A program made the position numbers and the translations under genes. 24,000 bases of DNA from an uncultured Alphaproteobacteria bacterium (GTDB taxonomy: Bacteria > Pseudomonadota > Alphaproteobacteria > ATCC43930 > CGMCC-115725), in assembly GCA_963778385.1 (NCBI GenBank), contig CAVZUA010000011.1, forward strand, positions 208,806 to 232,805, in the 5' to 3' direction. The first letter of the stretch is position 1, and every line of letters begins with the position of its first letter. Below, piece by piece: positions 8,170-16,889 of this stretch. The notes under the pieces are model-generated. The model was not told the DNA's origin, did not search any database, and saw only the letters and a list, made by a program, of their open reading frames with translations.

Positions 8170-9042
8170 CTAGTAGGGTTTGTCGCCGGCTACGGTGACG
8201 CGATTGCCCGAGCGGGTGTGCGGCCAGTAGTCCCACATCGCGTGGTGCTGGACGCAGCGATTGTCCCAGAACGCGATCGAGTTCTCCTGCCAGCGGAAGC
8301 GGCATTGGAACAGCGGGCTCGCCATGTGCTCGTAGAGGTAGCGCAGGACGCCGTCGCTTTCGTCGCGCGGGATGCCGTTGATGTAGCGGGTGAAGCCCTT
8401 GTTGACGTAGAGGCATTTGCGGCCGGTCACCGGGTGCGTGCGCACCACCGGGTGGTCGGCGTGCGGGTAGGTCTCCTTGTCCTGGACCCCGTAATTGGCG
8501 TACTGGCCGCGGTAATGCTCGCCGTTGTGCCGGGCGGTGAGGCCCTCCAGATAGGTCTTCATGCGGTCCGACAGCGCCTCGTAGGCGGCGTACATGTTGG
8601 CGAACAGCGTGTCGCCGCCGCGCGGCGGGCATTTCTTGATGTAGAGGATGCTGCCCATCGGCGGCTCGGGGTCGCACGAGACGTCCGAGTGCCAGCCCTC
8701 GCCGTTGGCGCGGAACGAGTCCTTGTCGGCGTGGATGACCATCAGCTCCGGCAGCCCGGGTTCCGACGGCGCCGCCGGATGGAGGTGCAGCTCGCCAAAG
8801 CGGCGGCCGAAATCGAGGTGTTCGCGCGGCGTCAAATGCTGGTCGCGGAAGAAGATCACCAGGTTTTCGGCGAGCGCGCGGTGGATTTCGTCCATCTGCC
8901 GGTTGCTCGGCTCGCGCAGATCGACATTGCCGATCTCGCCGCCGATGATCGGCGTCAGCTTGTCGACGGTGATCGCCTCATAGGGCGAATCTTCCGGTGT
9001 GTACTTGATGCGGGGGCCGTTGTTACTGCGCAGCGAGCTCAT
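8170..9042 (-). CDS. TauD/TfdA-family Fe(II)/2-oxoglutarate-dependent dioxygenase
   Basis: HxD iron ligands (WHSDVS), a distal His region (DNRCVQHHA), and TauD-like length (290 aa) and layout. Confidence 0.85.
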   Translation of the reverse strand: MSSLRSNNGPRIKYTPEDSPYEAITVDKLTPIIGGEIGNVDLREPSNRQMDEIHRALAENLVIFFRDQHLTPREHLDFGRRFGELHLHPAAPSEPGLPELMVIHADKDSFRANGEGWHSDVSCDPEPPMGSILYIKKCPPRGGDTLFANMYAAYEALSDRMKTYLEGLTARHNGEHYRGQYANYGVQDKETYPHADHPVVRTHPVTGRKCLYVNKGFTRYINGIPRDESDGVLRYLYEHMASPLFQCRFRWQENSIAFWDNRCVQHHAMWDYWPHTRSGNRVTVAGDKPY

Positions 9043-9061
9043 CGCGCTTCTCCTCTGAGTT

Positions 9062-9496
9062 TTATTCCTCGTCGTCCGCGCTCAACGCATCCGTCGGAAC
9101 ACCAAGAGCCCGCGCGAGGCGCGACAGCATCTCCGGTGAGACGCTTTTCCGTCCGGTCTCCAGCTGCTCGATCATCTCACGCGCCACGCCGGCTTTGGCC
9201 GAGAGCGCCGATGGGGTCCAGCCCCGGTATTCGCGCCAAGCACGCATGGGATGTGCCCCCTCCAGCTCGGCCTTGACGACTTCGATAGGGATGGTTGTCT
9301 CGACCGGCGCGCCCCATTGAGCCTCCACGCGCGCCGCGACCAAGGCGTCATCGGCCCGCGCGGCGGCGACTGCGGCGATATCTTCCGCGTCCTCGATAAG
9401 GTCTTCCAGCGTCGCTACGACCTCTTCCCAGTCCGCGCGTGTCAGCACCACCTCGTCGGCGGTGATCGATTTTGGCTTGGGCAGCACAAACGACAT
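9062..9496 (-). CDS. XRE-family helix-turn-helix protein, putative antitoxin
   Basis: C-terminal HTH (WTPSALSAKAGVAREMIEQLETGRKSVSPEMLSRLARALGV) and an acidic tail. It sits 21 nt downstream of a RelE/ParE-like gene, the toxin-first order seen in HigBA. Confidence 0.75.
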   Translation of the reverse strand: MSFVLPKPKSITADEVVLTRADWEEVVATLEDLIEDAEDIAAVAAARADDALVAARVEAQWGAPVETTIPIEVVKAELEGAHPMRAWREYRGWTPSALSAKAGVAREMIEQLETGRKSVSPEMLSRLARALGVPTDALSADDEE

Positions 9497-9517
9497 GGCA
9501 CCTCTTATACACGCGGC

Positions 9518-9769
9518 CTACCGCTTATACACGTCCCCGCGCGTGCGGATCAGCTCTACCCTAAGAACTTGGGCGTCCGGATCGATCGCGAAAAGTACCC
9601 GATATTCGCCGACACGCAGGCGGCGAAGTTGGCTGCCGGCTAGCCGCCTCACATCGATATTTGGTGCCCCCGCCCGGTGCCACGGCTTCGATCCGGGCAA
9701 CGATCTGCGTCCGGCGATCGGCAGGAAGCCGCCGCAATGCCTTTCGCGCAGTTCCAGTGAAGACGACCC

Positions 9770-9773
<4 letters not shown>
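9518..9773 (-). pseudogene. RelE/ParE-family toxin, disrupted by a +1 frameshift in a G5 run
   Basis: The N-terminal half (RVVFTGTARKALRRLPADRRTQIVARIEAVAPGG) is in one frame, at the tail of ORF 9561..10796. The C-terminal half (APNIDVRRLAGSQLRRLRVGEYRVLFAIDPDAQVLRVELIRTRGDVYKR) is in the next frame (ORF 9518..9700). The frames switch at the C5 run on the plus strand at 9667..9671. The total span of 256 nt equals 85 codons plus 1. Confidence 0.7.
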
Positions 9774-11091
<1,318 letters not shown>

Positions 11092-11095
<4 letters not shown>

Positions 11096-11649
11096 GCGGT
11101 CAGCGTCTCCTGGGCGGCCTCGGTCGAAACGTGGGGTTCCGTGGGGGCCAACTCTACCACGAGCGGCAACGCCATCAGCACGTCATCATGGTATTGGCCA
11201 CGATACTTGGTGGCATGCTGCTCGACGCCGTATTCGACAAAGCCAAGGCTCGTGTAGAGCCGGCGCGCCGCGGCATTGTCGCTGACGACAAATAGCTGCA
11301 GCAGTTCGACGTGCTGCCGGGCATGGGCGATGACCGCCTCGACCAGAACGCGGCCGATACCGGCGCCGCGATAGGCGGGCCGGACATACATGCCCCACAG
11401 CATGCCTTTATGGGCGTGCTTTGGTCCGGCCTGGACGTAGAAGCCGGCGACGCCCGCCAGGCGCGGTCCGTCGAACGCGCCGACGACATCGGCGTCGGCC
11501 AGGCGCGCGGCGAATGATTCCAGCGGCCGATCCCGCTCGCTCTCCAGTGTGCTGGCGAAGGCATCGGGGCTGTCGGCCAAGGCCTCCAGCCGGATTTCTC
11601 GGTAAAGCGCCGCGTCTTCGGGCGTCAGTCGGCGCAGTTCGACGGTCAT
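11092..11649 (-). CDS. GNAT-family N-acetyltransferase
   Basis: Acetyl-CoA motif RGAGIGRVL. I chose the ATG at 11649 (MTVELRRLTPEDAALY). There are ATGA overlaps with both neighbours. The upstream 70 codons of ORF 11092..11859 overlap the rluA-family gene. Confidence 0.85.
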
Positions 11650-12389
11650 GCGCGCAGGGCCTCGCCCTGGTCGCCGGGCACGTATCCCAGCCGGGTCAGC
11701 GCCGCGAGCATATGCGGCGGCACCGGCGCGGTGACTTGGACCGCGGGCCGGGCGGGGTAGAGCGGGATCGTGATCGCCCGCGCGTGCAGTTGCAGCGGTT
11801 CGCCGGCGGGGCCGCCGTAGGTCGGGTCGCCGACGACCGGGCAGCCGAGCGCGGCGCAATGCACGCGGATCTGATGCGTGCGCCCGGTTTTCGGCCGCAG
11901 TTCCAGCCAGGCGCGGCCCTCGCTCGTGCCGAGCACGCGGTATTCGGTAATCGCGTGTTGGCCGGCGGGGTCGATTTCCATGCGCCAGCCGATGCGGCGT
12001 GTGGTGTCCTTGCGCAGCGGCGCGTCGATGACGCCTTCCGCCTCTGCCGGGATGCCGGCGACGACGGCCCAGTACACTTTCTCGATCCTGCCCTCACGGA
12101 ACAGCGCGCCTAGCCGGCGCAGCGCTTTCGTATGGCGGCCGAGCACCAGGCAGCCGCTGGTGTCGCGGTCGAGCCGATGGGCCAAGGCCGGCGGCCGCGG
12201 CAGCCCGAAACGCAGCAGCGGCAGCCAATGTTCCAGATGCGCCCCGCCGCCCGGTCCCGCATGCACCGGAATCCCGGCCGGCTTGTCGATGACCAGCATC
12301 AGCCCGTCGCGATACAGCACCCGCTCGGTCAGGCTCGCGGGAAGCGGCGGCCGGGGAGCGATGGGAAATGTGGTTGCGGTGGGCTGCAT
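11646..12389 (-). CDS. RluA-family pseudouridine synthase
   Basis: Catalytic motif HRLDRDTSG and the KTGRTHQIRVH motif. 247 aa. Confidence 0.9.
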   Translation of the reverse strand: MQPTATTFPIAPRPPLPASLTERVLYRDGLMLVIDKPAGIPVHAGPGGGAHLEHWLPLLRFGLPRPPALAHRLDRDTSGCLVLGRHTKALRRLGALFREGRIEKVYWAVVAGIPAEAEGVIDAPLRKDTTRRIGWRMEIDPAGQHAITEYRVLGTSEGRAWLELRPKTGRTHQIRVHCAALGCPVVGDPTYGGPAGEPLQLHARAITIPLYPARPAVQVTAPVPPHMLAALTRLGYVPGDQGEALRA

Positions 12390-12546
12390 CGGTGGCTGTC
12401 GGAAAGAGGCGCCTGCCGGGTATCTGGCGGCGAGGCCGCTTCAAGGCAACCCGGCGCATATTAACCTCGTAGTCGCTCGGCCAGGCGGAAACAAGCAAAG
12501 CTTCGGCTTGCGGGAGGGAACCGGTTTCGGCTACCCGTCCGCGTTG

Positions 12547-13764
12547 ATGAGTATCCGCTTCGTGGATGTATCGCGCCGGCTGGTCGCGGGGGTCGGCCTT
12601 GTCGCCGTGCTGGTTTATGTGGCGTGGATCGGCGGGCCTTATGTCCGCTCGGTCATTGTTCGCGATGCGGCCGTCACGACCTGGATCAGCATCGCCCCGG
12701 CGCCGATCAGCGGCTACACGGTCGACGTGCTCTATCCGGGCGAGATGGTCGGCGAAAGCGGCCGTATCGCGCGGATCGACAACCCGCTCGCCGACCGCAC
12801 CCCGCTGGCGCGGGCGCAAGGCGAACTCGACCGCGCGCAGGTCCAGCTCGCCGCGCAGCGCGCGCTGGTCGAGAAACTGGACCAGATCGTCGCGGCGCGC
12901 ACCCAGGCCGCCGACGCCTACGCGGAAACCTTCAAGCATGATCTCGACATGATCGTCACCAGCGCCACGAGCAATTCGGCGCTGGTCGCGCAGCGTCTCG
13001 ATATCGACCGCGCCGAGGAGAACCGGAAATCCGCCTTGATGCGCAGCGGCAACAGCTCGCAAGCGGCGCTCGACTTGGCCACCGCCCAGGTCACTGAGCA
13101 CCAGAAGTCGCTGACGGATATTCGCACGGTGCTCGACCGGGCATCGTGGCGCCGCAAGGCGGCGAATCTCGGCGTCTTCATGCTCGACGACGGCACCGAT
13201 ACCGGTACCGCGCTGCGCAGTCTCGACGACGCGCGTCTGTCGCGCGCGCAGGCCGAGGCGACGCTGGAAGGGGACGAGGCCGCGGTCGAGACCGCGCGCA
13301 AGGTCTTCGACGCCGCCAGCACGGCACACGGCAAAGCACGCTCGCGCGACGTGCGGGCACCGCCGGGCACCTTGGTGTGGAGCATGATGTCGGCCCCCGG
13401 CGCCGCGGTTCAGGCCGGAACGCCGATCGGCTCCTGGGTCGATTGCCATATCCTGCTGATCGACGTGCCGGTGTCCGACGTCGAGGTCGCGCTGCTGCAT
13501 AAAGGCTCGGCGGCGGATGTGGTGATCGAGGGCGAGCGCCCGACCCACGGCACTGTCATCCTGCTGCGTGGGGCGGCGGCGACGCTTGGCTCGGCCGATC
13601 TGGCGGCGTTGGCCAAGGGCCGGCGGCCGAATATCGGCCAGGCGATCGTGCGGCTCGACCCGACGACCGAGGAAATCGCCGCCTGTCCGATCGGGCATTC
13701 GGCCTATGTCGATTTTCCCGGCGTCAGCGTCGTCGACCTCGCCAGGGCGCGGTTGCGGATATGA
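12547..13764 (+). CDS. HlyD-type periplasmic adaptor (membrane fusion protein) family protein
   Basis: From the ATG at 12547: an N-terminal TM anchor (LVAGVGLVAVLVYVAWIG), a lipoyl-like segment (ISGYTVDVLYPGEMV), a long A/Q/R/L-rich coiled-coil centre, and a C-terminal beta-rich part (GTPIGSWVDCHILLIDVPV). The earlier part of ORF 11878..13764 is antisense to the rluA-family gene. Confidence 0.7.
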   Translation: MSIRFVDVSRRLVAGVGLVAVLVYVAWIGGPYVRSVIVRDAAVTTWISIAPAPISGYTVDVLYPGEMVGESGRIARIDNPLADRTPLARAQGELDRAQVQLAAQRALVEKLDQIVAARTQAADAYAETFKHDLDMIVTSATSNSALVAQRLDIDRAEENRKSALMRSGNSSQAALDLATAQVTEHQKSLTDIRTVLDRASWRRKAANLGVFMLDDGTDTGTALRSLDDARLSRAQAEATLEGDEAAVETARKVFDAASTAHGKARSRDVRAPPGTLVWSMMSAPGAAVQAGTPIGSWVDCHILLIDVPVSDVEVALLHKGSAADVVIEGERPTHGTVILLRGAAATLGSADLAALAKGRRPNIGQAIVRLDPTTEEIAACPIGHSAYVDFPGVSVVDLARARLRI

Positions 13765-14705
13765 CCGCTGCCGAGCTGGCGATCCGCGGCACCATCGTCA
13801 CGCCCGAGCTGCGCGCAAAGGAACGCGCCGTGCTGCTCGCCCTGTCGCTCGATCTGGGGATGATGACGACGATCGCGGTGATCGGCATTCTCGGCGGGTC
13901 GCTGACGATGATCGCCGAGACAATCCGCGCGGTGGCGGCCAACACGATGGAGGCCTTTGGCCTTGTGGTGATGCGCCGCATCCATCGCGGCGTCCTGTCC
14001 GACCTCGAATACGGGACCGGCAAGCTCGAACAGGTCGCCAATGTCGCGATTGCCGGCGGCATGCTGTTTGGCGCGGCTTGGATCCTGAGCCAGGCGGTCT
14101 CGATCATCAGCGGCGAAGCGCCGACCGGCACGCCGTTCGGGCTGGCGATGGCGGCGATCGCCGGCGCGGTGAACGCCTACCTCAACCTCGTATCATGGGA
14201 TGCGGTGCGGCGGGTCGCCGATGCCGATGGCCGCGACTCGATCATCATGCGGGCGCAGCTCACCTCGCGGGTGGTGAAGCTGGTCTCGTCGCTGCTGATC
14301 ATGGTGACCTTGACGATCGCCGCTGTCGCCAGCGACGAGATCATCGTCGCGACCGCCGACGCGACCGGTTCGGTGCTGGTCAGCGGCGTCATCATCGTCA
14401 ACGCGCTGCGCATCCTGCAAGGCGCGGTGCCGGATTTGCTCGATCGTTCGGCGGGCGCGGCGGTTCAGGCGGCGATCGACCGAGCCTTGGAACGCCATCG
14501 CGATGCTTATGCCGCGCTACGGCGTGTCCGCTCGCGGCGTTCGGGGCACGTCGTGTTTGTCGAGATCGCGCTCAGCTTTGCCGGCGACCTGAGCCATGCC
14601 GAGGTCGAACGGCACACGGTGCTTTTGCATGCGAGCCTGCGCGAGGAAATCGGCGAGGTCGACATCGCCATCGTGATCGAGCCGCTGGCTGTTCCCGACG
14701 CGTGA
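13761..14705 (+). CDS. cation-diffusion-facilitator (CDF)-like membrane protein with a degenerate metal site
   Basis: Six hydrophobic segments plus a CDF-type C-terminal domain (LLDRS...SGHVVFVEIAL...DIAIVIEP). YGTGKLE matches the FGHGKAE loop of YiiP. The ATG overlaps the upstream stop (ATGA). Confidence 0.65.
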   Translation: MTAAELAIRGTIVTPELRAKERAVLLALSLDLGMMTTIAVIGILGGSLTMIAETIRAVAANTMEAFGLVVMRRIHRGVLSDLEYGTGKLEQVANVAIAGGMLFGAAWILSQAVSIISGEAPTGTPFGLAMAAIAGAVNAYLNLVSWDAVRRVADADGRDSIIMRAQLTSRVVKLVSSLLIMVTLTIAAVASDEIIVATADATGSVLVSGVIIVNALRILQGAVPDLLDRSAGAAVQAAIDRALERHRDAYAALRRVRSRRSGHVVFVEIALSFAGDLSHAEVERHTVLLHASLREEIGEVDIAIVIEPLAVPDA

Positions 14706-14780
14706 CACGCGGAAATCCAGGTTCCGTCTATTCCGGAGCGTCGCGCGCGGTATCATGTTTGCCAGATACCATCCGCGTCG

Positions 14781-14785
14781 GGAGG
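14781..14785 (+). promoter_or_regulatory. Shine-Dalgarno GGAGG for the cupin gene
   Basis: GGGAGG ends 5 nt before the ATG at 14791. Confidence 0.55.
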
Positions 14786-14790
14786 TTGGA

Positions 14791-15315
14791 ATGACGCAGG
14801 CGCCGACGATCGAAACCCATGTCTTCGCCGATGACGGCACCGTGCCGAACAATGCGCTGCCGCTCGTGCTTTATCGCGGCGTGCTGGGGCAGGAAGGCGA
14901 CCTCGCGTCGCGGTGCGAGGCCATGTTCGACGCCAATGGCTGGCCGGGCGCCTGGCGCAACGGCATCTATGGCCATCACCATTACCACAGCACCGCGCAT
15001 GAGGTGCTCGGCATCGCCCGGGGCACGGCGCGGGTGCGGCTTGGCGGCGAGAACGGGGCGACGGTCGAATTGCACGAGGGCGATGTCGTGGTGATCCCCG
15101 CCGGTGTCGCGCATAAGCGCGAAAGCGCCAGCGGCGATCTGCTGGTCATCGGCTCGTACCCGAAGGGTCAGCGCCCCGACATTTGCCAGGCCGAGGCGAA
15201 GTCGCATGACAAATCCACAAGAAATGTCGCTCAGGTTCCACTGCCGGGCTGCGACCCGGTGACCGGCGAGGCGGGGCCGCTGCTCGATTGCTGGCGGCGC
15301 GGCGGTTCGCTATAA
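14791..15315 (+). CDS. cupin-domain protein (YjlB-like)
   Basis: Cupin core (HHHYHSTAHEVLGIARGTARVRLGG...GDVVVIPAGVAH). I preferred the ATG at 14791 with its strong SD over the ATG at 14755. Confidence 0.75.
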   Translation: MTQAPTIETHVFADDGTVPNNALPLVLYRGVLGQEGDLASRCEAMFDANGWPGAWRNGIYGHHHYHSTAHEVLGIARGTARVRLGGENGATVELHEGDVVVIPAGVAHKRESASGDLLVIGSYPKGQRPDICQAEAKSHDKSTRNVAQVPLPGCDPVTGEAGPLLDCWRRGGSL

Positions 15316-15351
15316 CCCGCCGCCCTTATTGCACCGCAGCGAGCCCGAGCC

Positions 15352-15774
15352 ATGGCCCAACAACGCACCTTGTCGATCATCAAGCCCGACGCCACACGGC
15401 GCAACCTGACCGGCGCGATCAACGACCGGTTCGAAAAGGCCGGCCTGCGGATCGTCGCGCAAAAGCGGCTGCACATGTCGCAGGACGTGGCGGGCAAGTT
15501 CTACGCCGTGCACAAGGAACGGCCGTTCTACCAGAGCCTCGTCGACTTCATGAGCTCGGGGCCGGTCGTCGTGCAGGTGCTGGAAGGCGAGGGGGCGATC
15601 GCCAAGAACCGCGACATCATGGGCGCCACCAACCCGGCCAACGCCGCGCCCGGCACGATCCGTAAGGATTTCGCCGAGTCGATCGAGGCCAATTCGGTGC
15701 ACGGCTCGGACTCGCCGGAAACGGCGGCGCAGGAAATCGCCTTCTTCTTCGCGGGAACCGAGATCGTCGGCTAG
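15352..15774 (+). CDS. ndk: nucleoside-diphosphate kinase
   Basis: 140 aa. TLSIIKPDA and the active-site NSVHGSDS motif. Confidence 0.96.
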   Translation: MAQQRTLSIIKPDATRRNLTGAINDRFEKAGLRIVAQKRLHMSQDVAGKFYAVHKERPFYQSLVDFMSSGPVVVQVLEGEGAIAKNRDIMGATNPANAAPGTIRKDFAESIEANSVHGSDSPETAAQEIAFFFAGTEIVG

Positions 15775-15792
15775 GGCCGCGCCCTTCGAGGC

Positions 15793-15868
15793 GTCATTCC
15801 CGCGAAGGCGGGAAGCCAGGGCCAGCGACGGGACCGCTGCCCTGGACCCCCGCCTGCGCGGGGGTGAC
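15793..15868. repeat. 76-bp REP/MITE-like palindromic element (GTCATTCCCGCG...CGCGGGGGTGAC family)
   Basis: gtcattcccgcgaaggcgggaagccagggc...gccctggacccccgcctgcgcgggggtgac: nested inverted repeats. A second copy sits at 21962..22039 in reverse orientation. Confidence 0.8.
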
Positions 15869-15876
15869 GAGAACAG

Positions 15877-16020
15877 TTACAGCAGAAAGAGCGCCATCCC
15901 GACGAGGATCAGGATGATCACCGTGATCATGATCCGCATGAAACGGCAGAAGCCGACCCAGGTCTGGCGATGGCGTTCGGTTTCGGCGTCGACCGTGGTG
16001 GTGAGCATCGTCGTCCCCAT
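15877..16020 (-). CDS. small membrane protein resembling aa3-type cytochrome c oxidase subunit IV (47 aa; alternative 43-aa start at 16008)
   Basis: Hand translation of the minus strand gives MGTTMLTTTVDAETERHRQTWVGFCRFMRIMITVIILILVGMALFLL followed by a stop. It has a polar head, a QTWxGF motif and a single TM helix, the layout of the bacterial COX4 family. It falls below the ORF-track length cutoff. Confidence 0.5.
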   Translation of the reverse strand: MGTTMLTTTVDAETERHRQTWVGFCRFMRIMITVIILILVGMALFLL

Positions 16021-16103
16021 AAGCGAAAAGCGCGTTGGCGCCTGTATAGCCTAACCGGCTGATGAGGCAAGCCCCCACCCCGACCCTCGCCCGTTCATCG
16101 AAG

Positions 16104-16751
16104 TTAGGCACAATCGCTTGGGTTCAGCACGGCGATGTCGGGCGCCGTCCCGCCGGCGATCGCGACGCGGTTACCGGCGATGGCGAGCCGCCCCTCGGCG
16201 AAAAGCCGCACCGCGAGCGGGTACAGCCGGTGCTCGGCGGCGAGGATGCGGGCGGCGAGCGCGTCCTCGTCGTCGCCATCGAGGATCGGCACGACCGCCT
16301 GGGCGATGATCGGCCCGGTATCGACCGCGGTGCGCACGACATGCACCGTACAGCCAGAGAATTTGACCCCCGCCGCCAAAGCCTGACGCTGTGGGTGCAG
16401 TCCGGGAAAAGCCGGCAGCAGCGAGGGGTGGATGTTGATCATCCGGTCGGTCCACGCCGCGACAAAGCCGGTGTCGAGGATGCGCATGAACCCGGCCAGT
16501 GCGACGAGCCCGACCCCGGCGTCGCGCAGCACACGGTCCGCCGCGGCGGCAAAGGCGGCGCGGTCGGGGTCGGCGATGACCTGCGTTTGAATGCCGCGGG
16601 CCGCCGCACGCGGCAGTCCGGGCGCGTCGGCGCGGTTGCTGATCACCGTGGCGATTTCGGCGGGATAGGCCGGGTCGCCTGTTGCGTCGATCAGCGCCTG
16701 CAGGTTCGAGCCGCGCCCGGAAATCAGCACGCCCAGTTTCAGCCGCGGCAT
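16104..16751 (-). CDS. purN: phosphoribosylglycinamide formyltransferase
   Basis: Motifs ISGRGSNLQAL and NIHPSLLPAF, plus SGCTVH. 215 aa. Confidence 0.93.
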   Translation of the reverse strand: MPRLKLGVLISGRGSNLQALIDATGDPAYPAEIATVISNRADAPGLPRAAARGIQTQVIADPDRAAFAAAADRVLRDAGVGLVALAGFMRILDTGFVAAWTDRMINIHPSLLPAFPGLHPQRQALAAGVKFSGCTVHVVRTAVDTGPIIAQAVVPILDGDDEDALAARILAAEHRLYPLAVRLFAEGRLAIAGNRVAIAGGTAPDIAVLNPSDCA

Positions 16752-16889
16752 TCCTGCTCCTCGCCGCCAGGGTTGTTGACCAGGGTGCCGAAGCCGGCTG
16801 TCGATGGCGTCCTCGGCAAATCTGCGCTATGACCGAGGCGCGGTCGGGGAGCCGCGAGGATACGAGAACAGGGGCAAATTGCCCAAGGA

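Noticed and set aside
8218-9276. 352-aa plus-strand ORF opposite the TauD-like and antitoxin genes
   Set aside because: It is antisense to genes with clear catalytic and HTH motifs, and it has no motifs of its own.
12094-13698. 534-aa minus-strand ORF opposite the HlyD-like gene, and the 408-aa ORF 13568..14794 out of frame with the CDF-like gene
   Set aside because: Both are extremely Arg/Gly/Asp-rich without structure-like patterns. The alternative frames give a coherent TM plus coiled-coil protein and a six-TM protein.
15794-16111. 105-aa minus-strand ORF between ndk and purN
   Set aside because: Its C-terminus is the translation of the palindromic repeat (VTPAQAGVQGSGP...), and the rest is His/Asp/Arg-rich. 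The 47-codon ORF in another frame is more protein-like.
16752-16889. Possible purine/ZTP-type riboswitch or PurR box in the leaders of purN, purC (5971..6028) or purL
   Set aside because: The leaders are short (58 to about 140 nt) and I could not recognise any conserved riboswitch core by eye. This claim cannot be supported without a covariance-model scan such as Rfam/Infernal.
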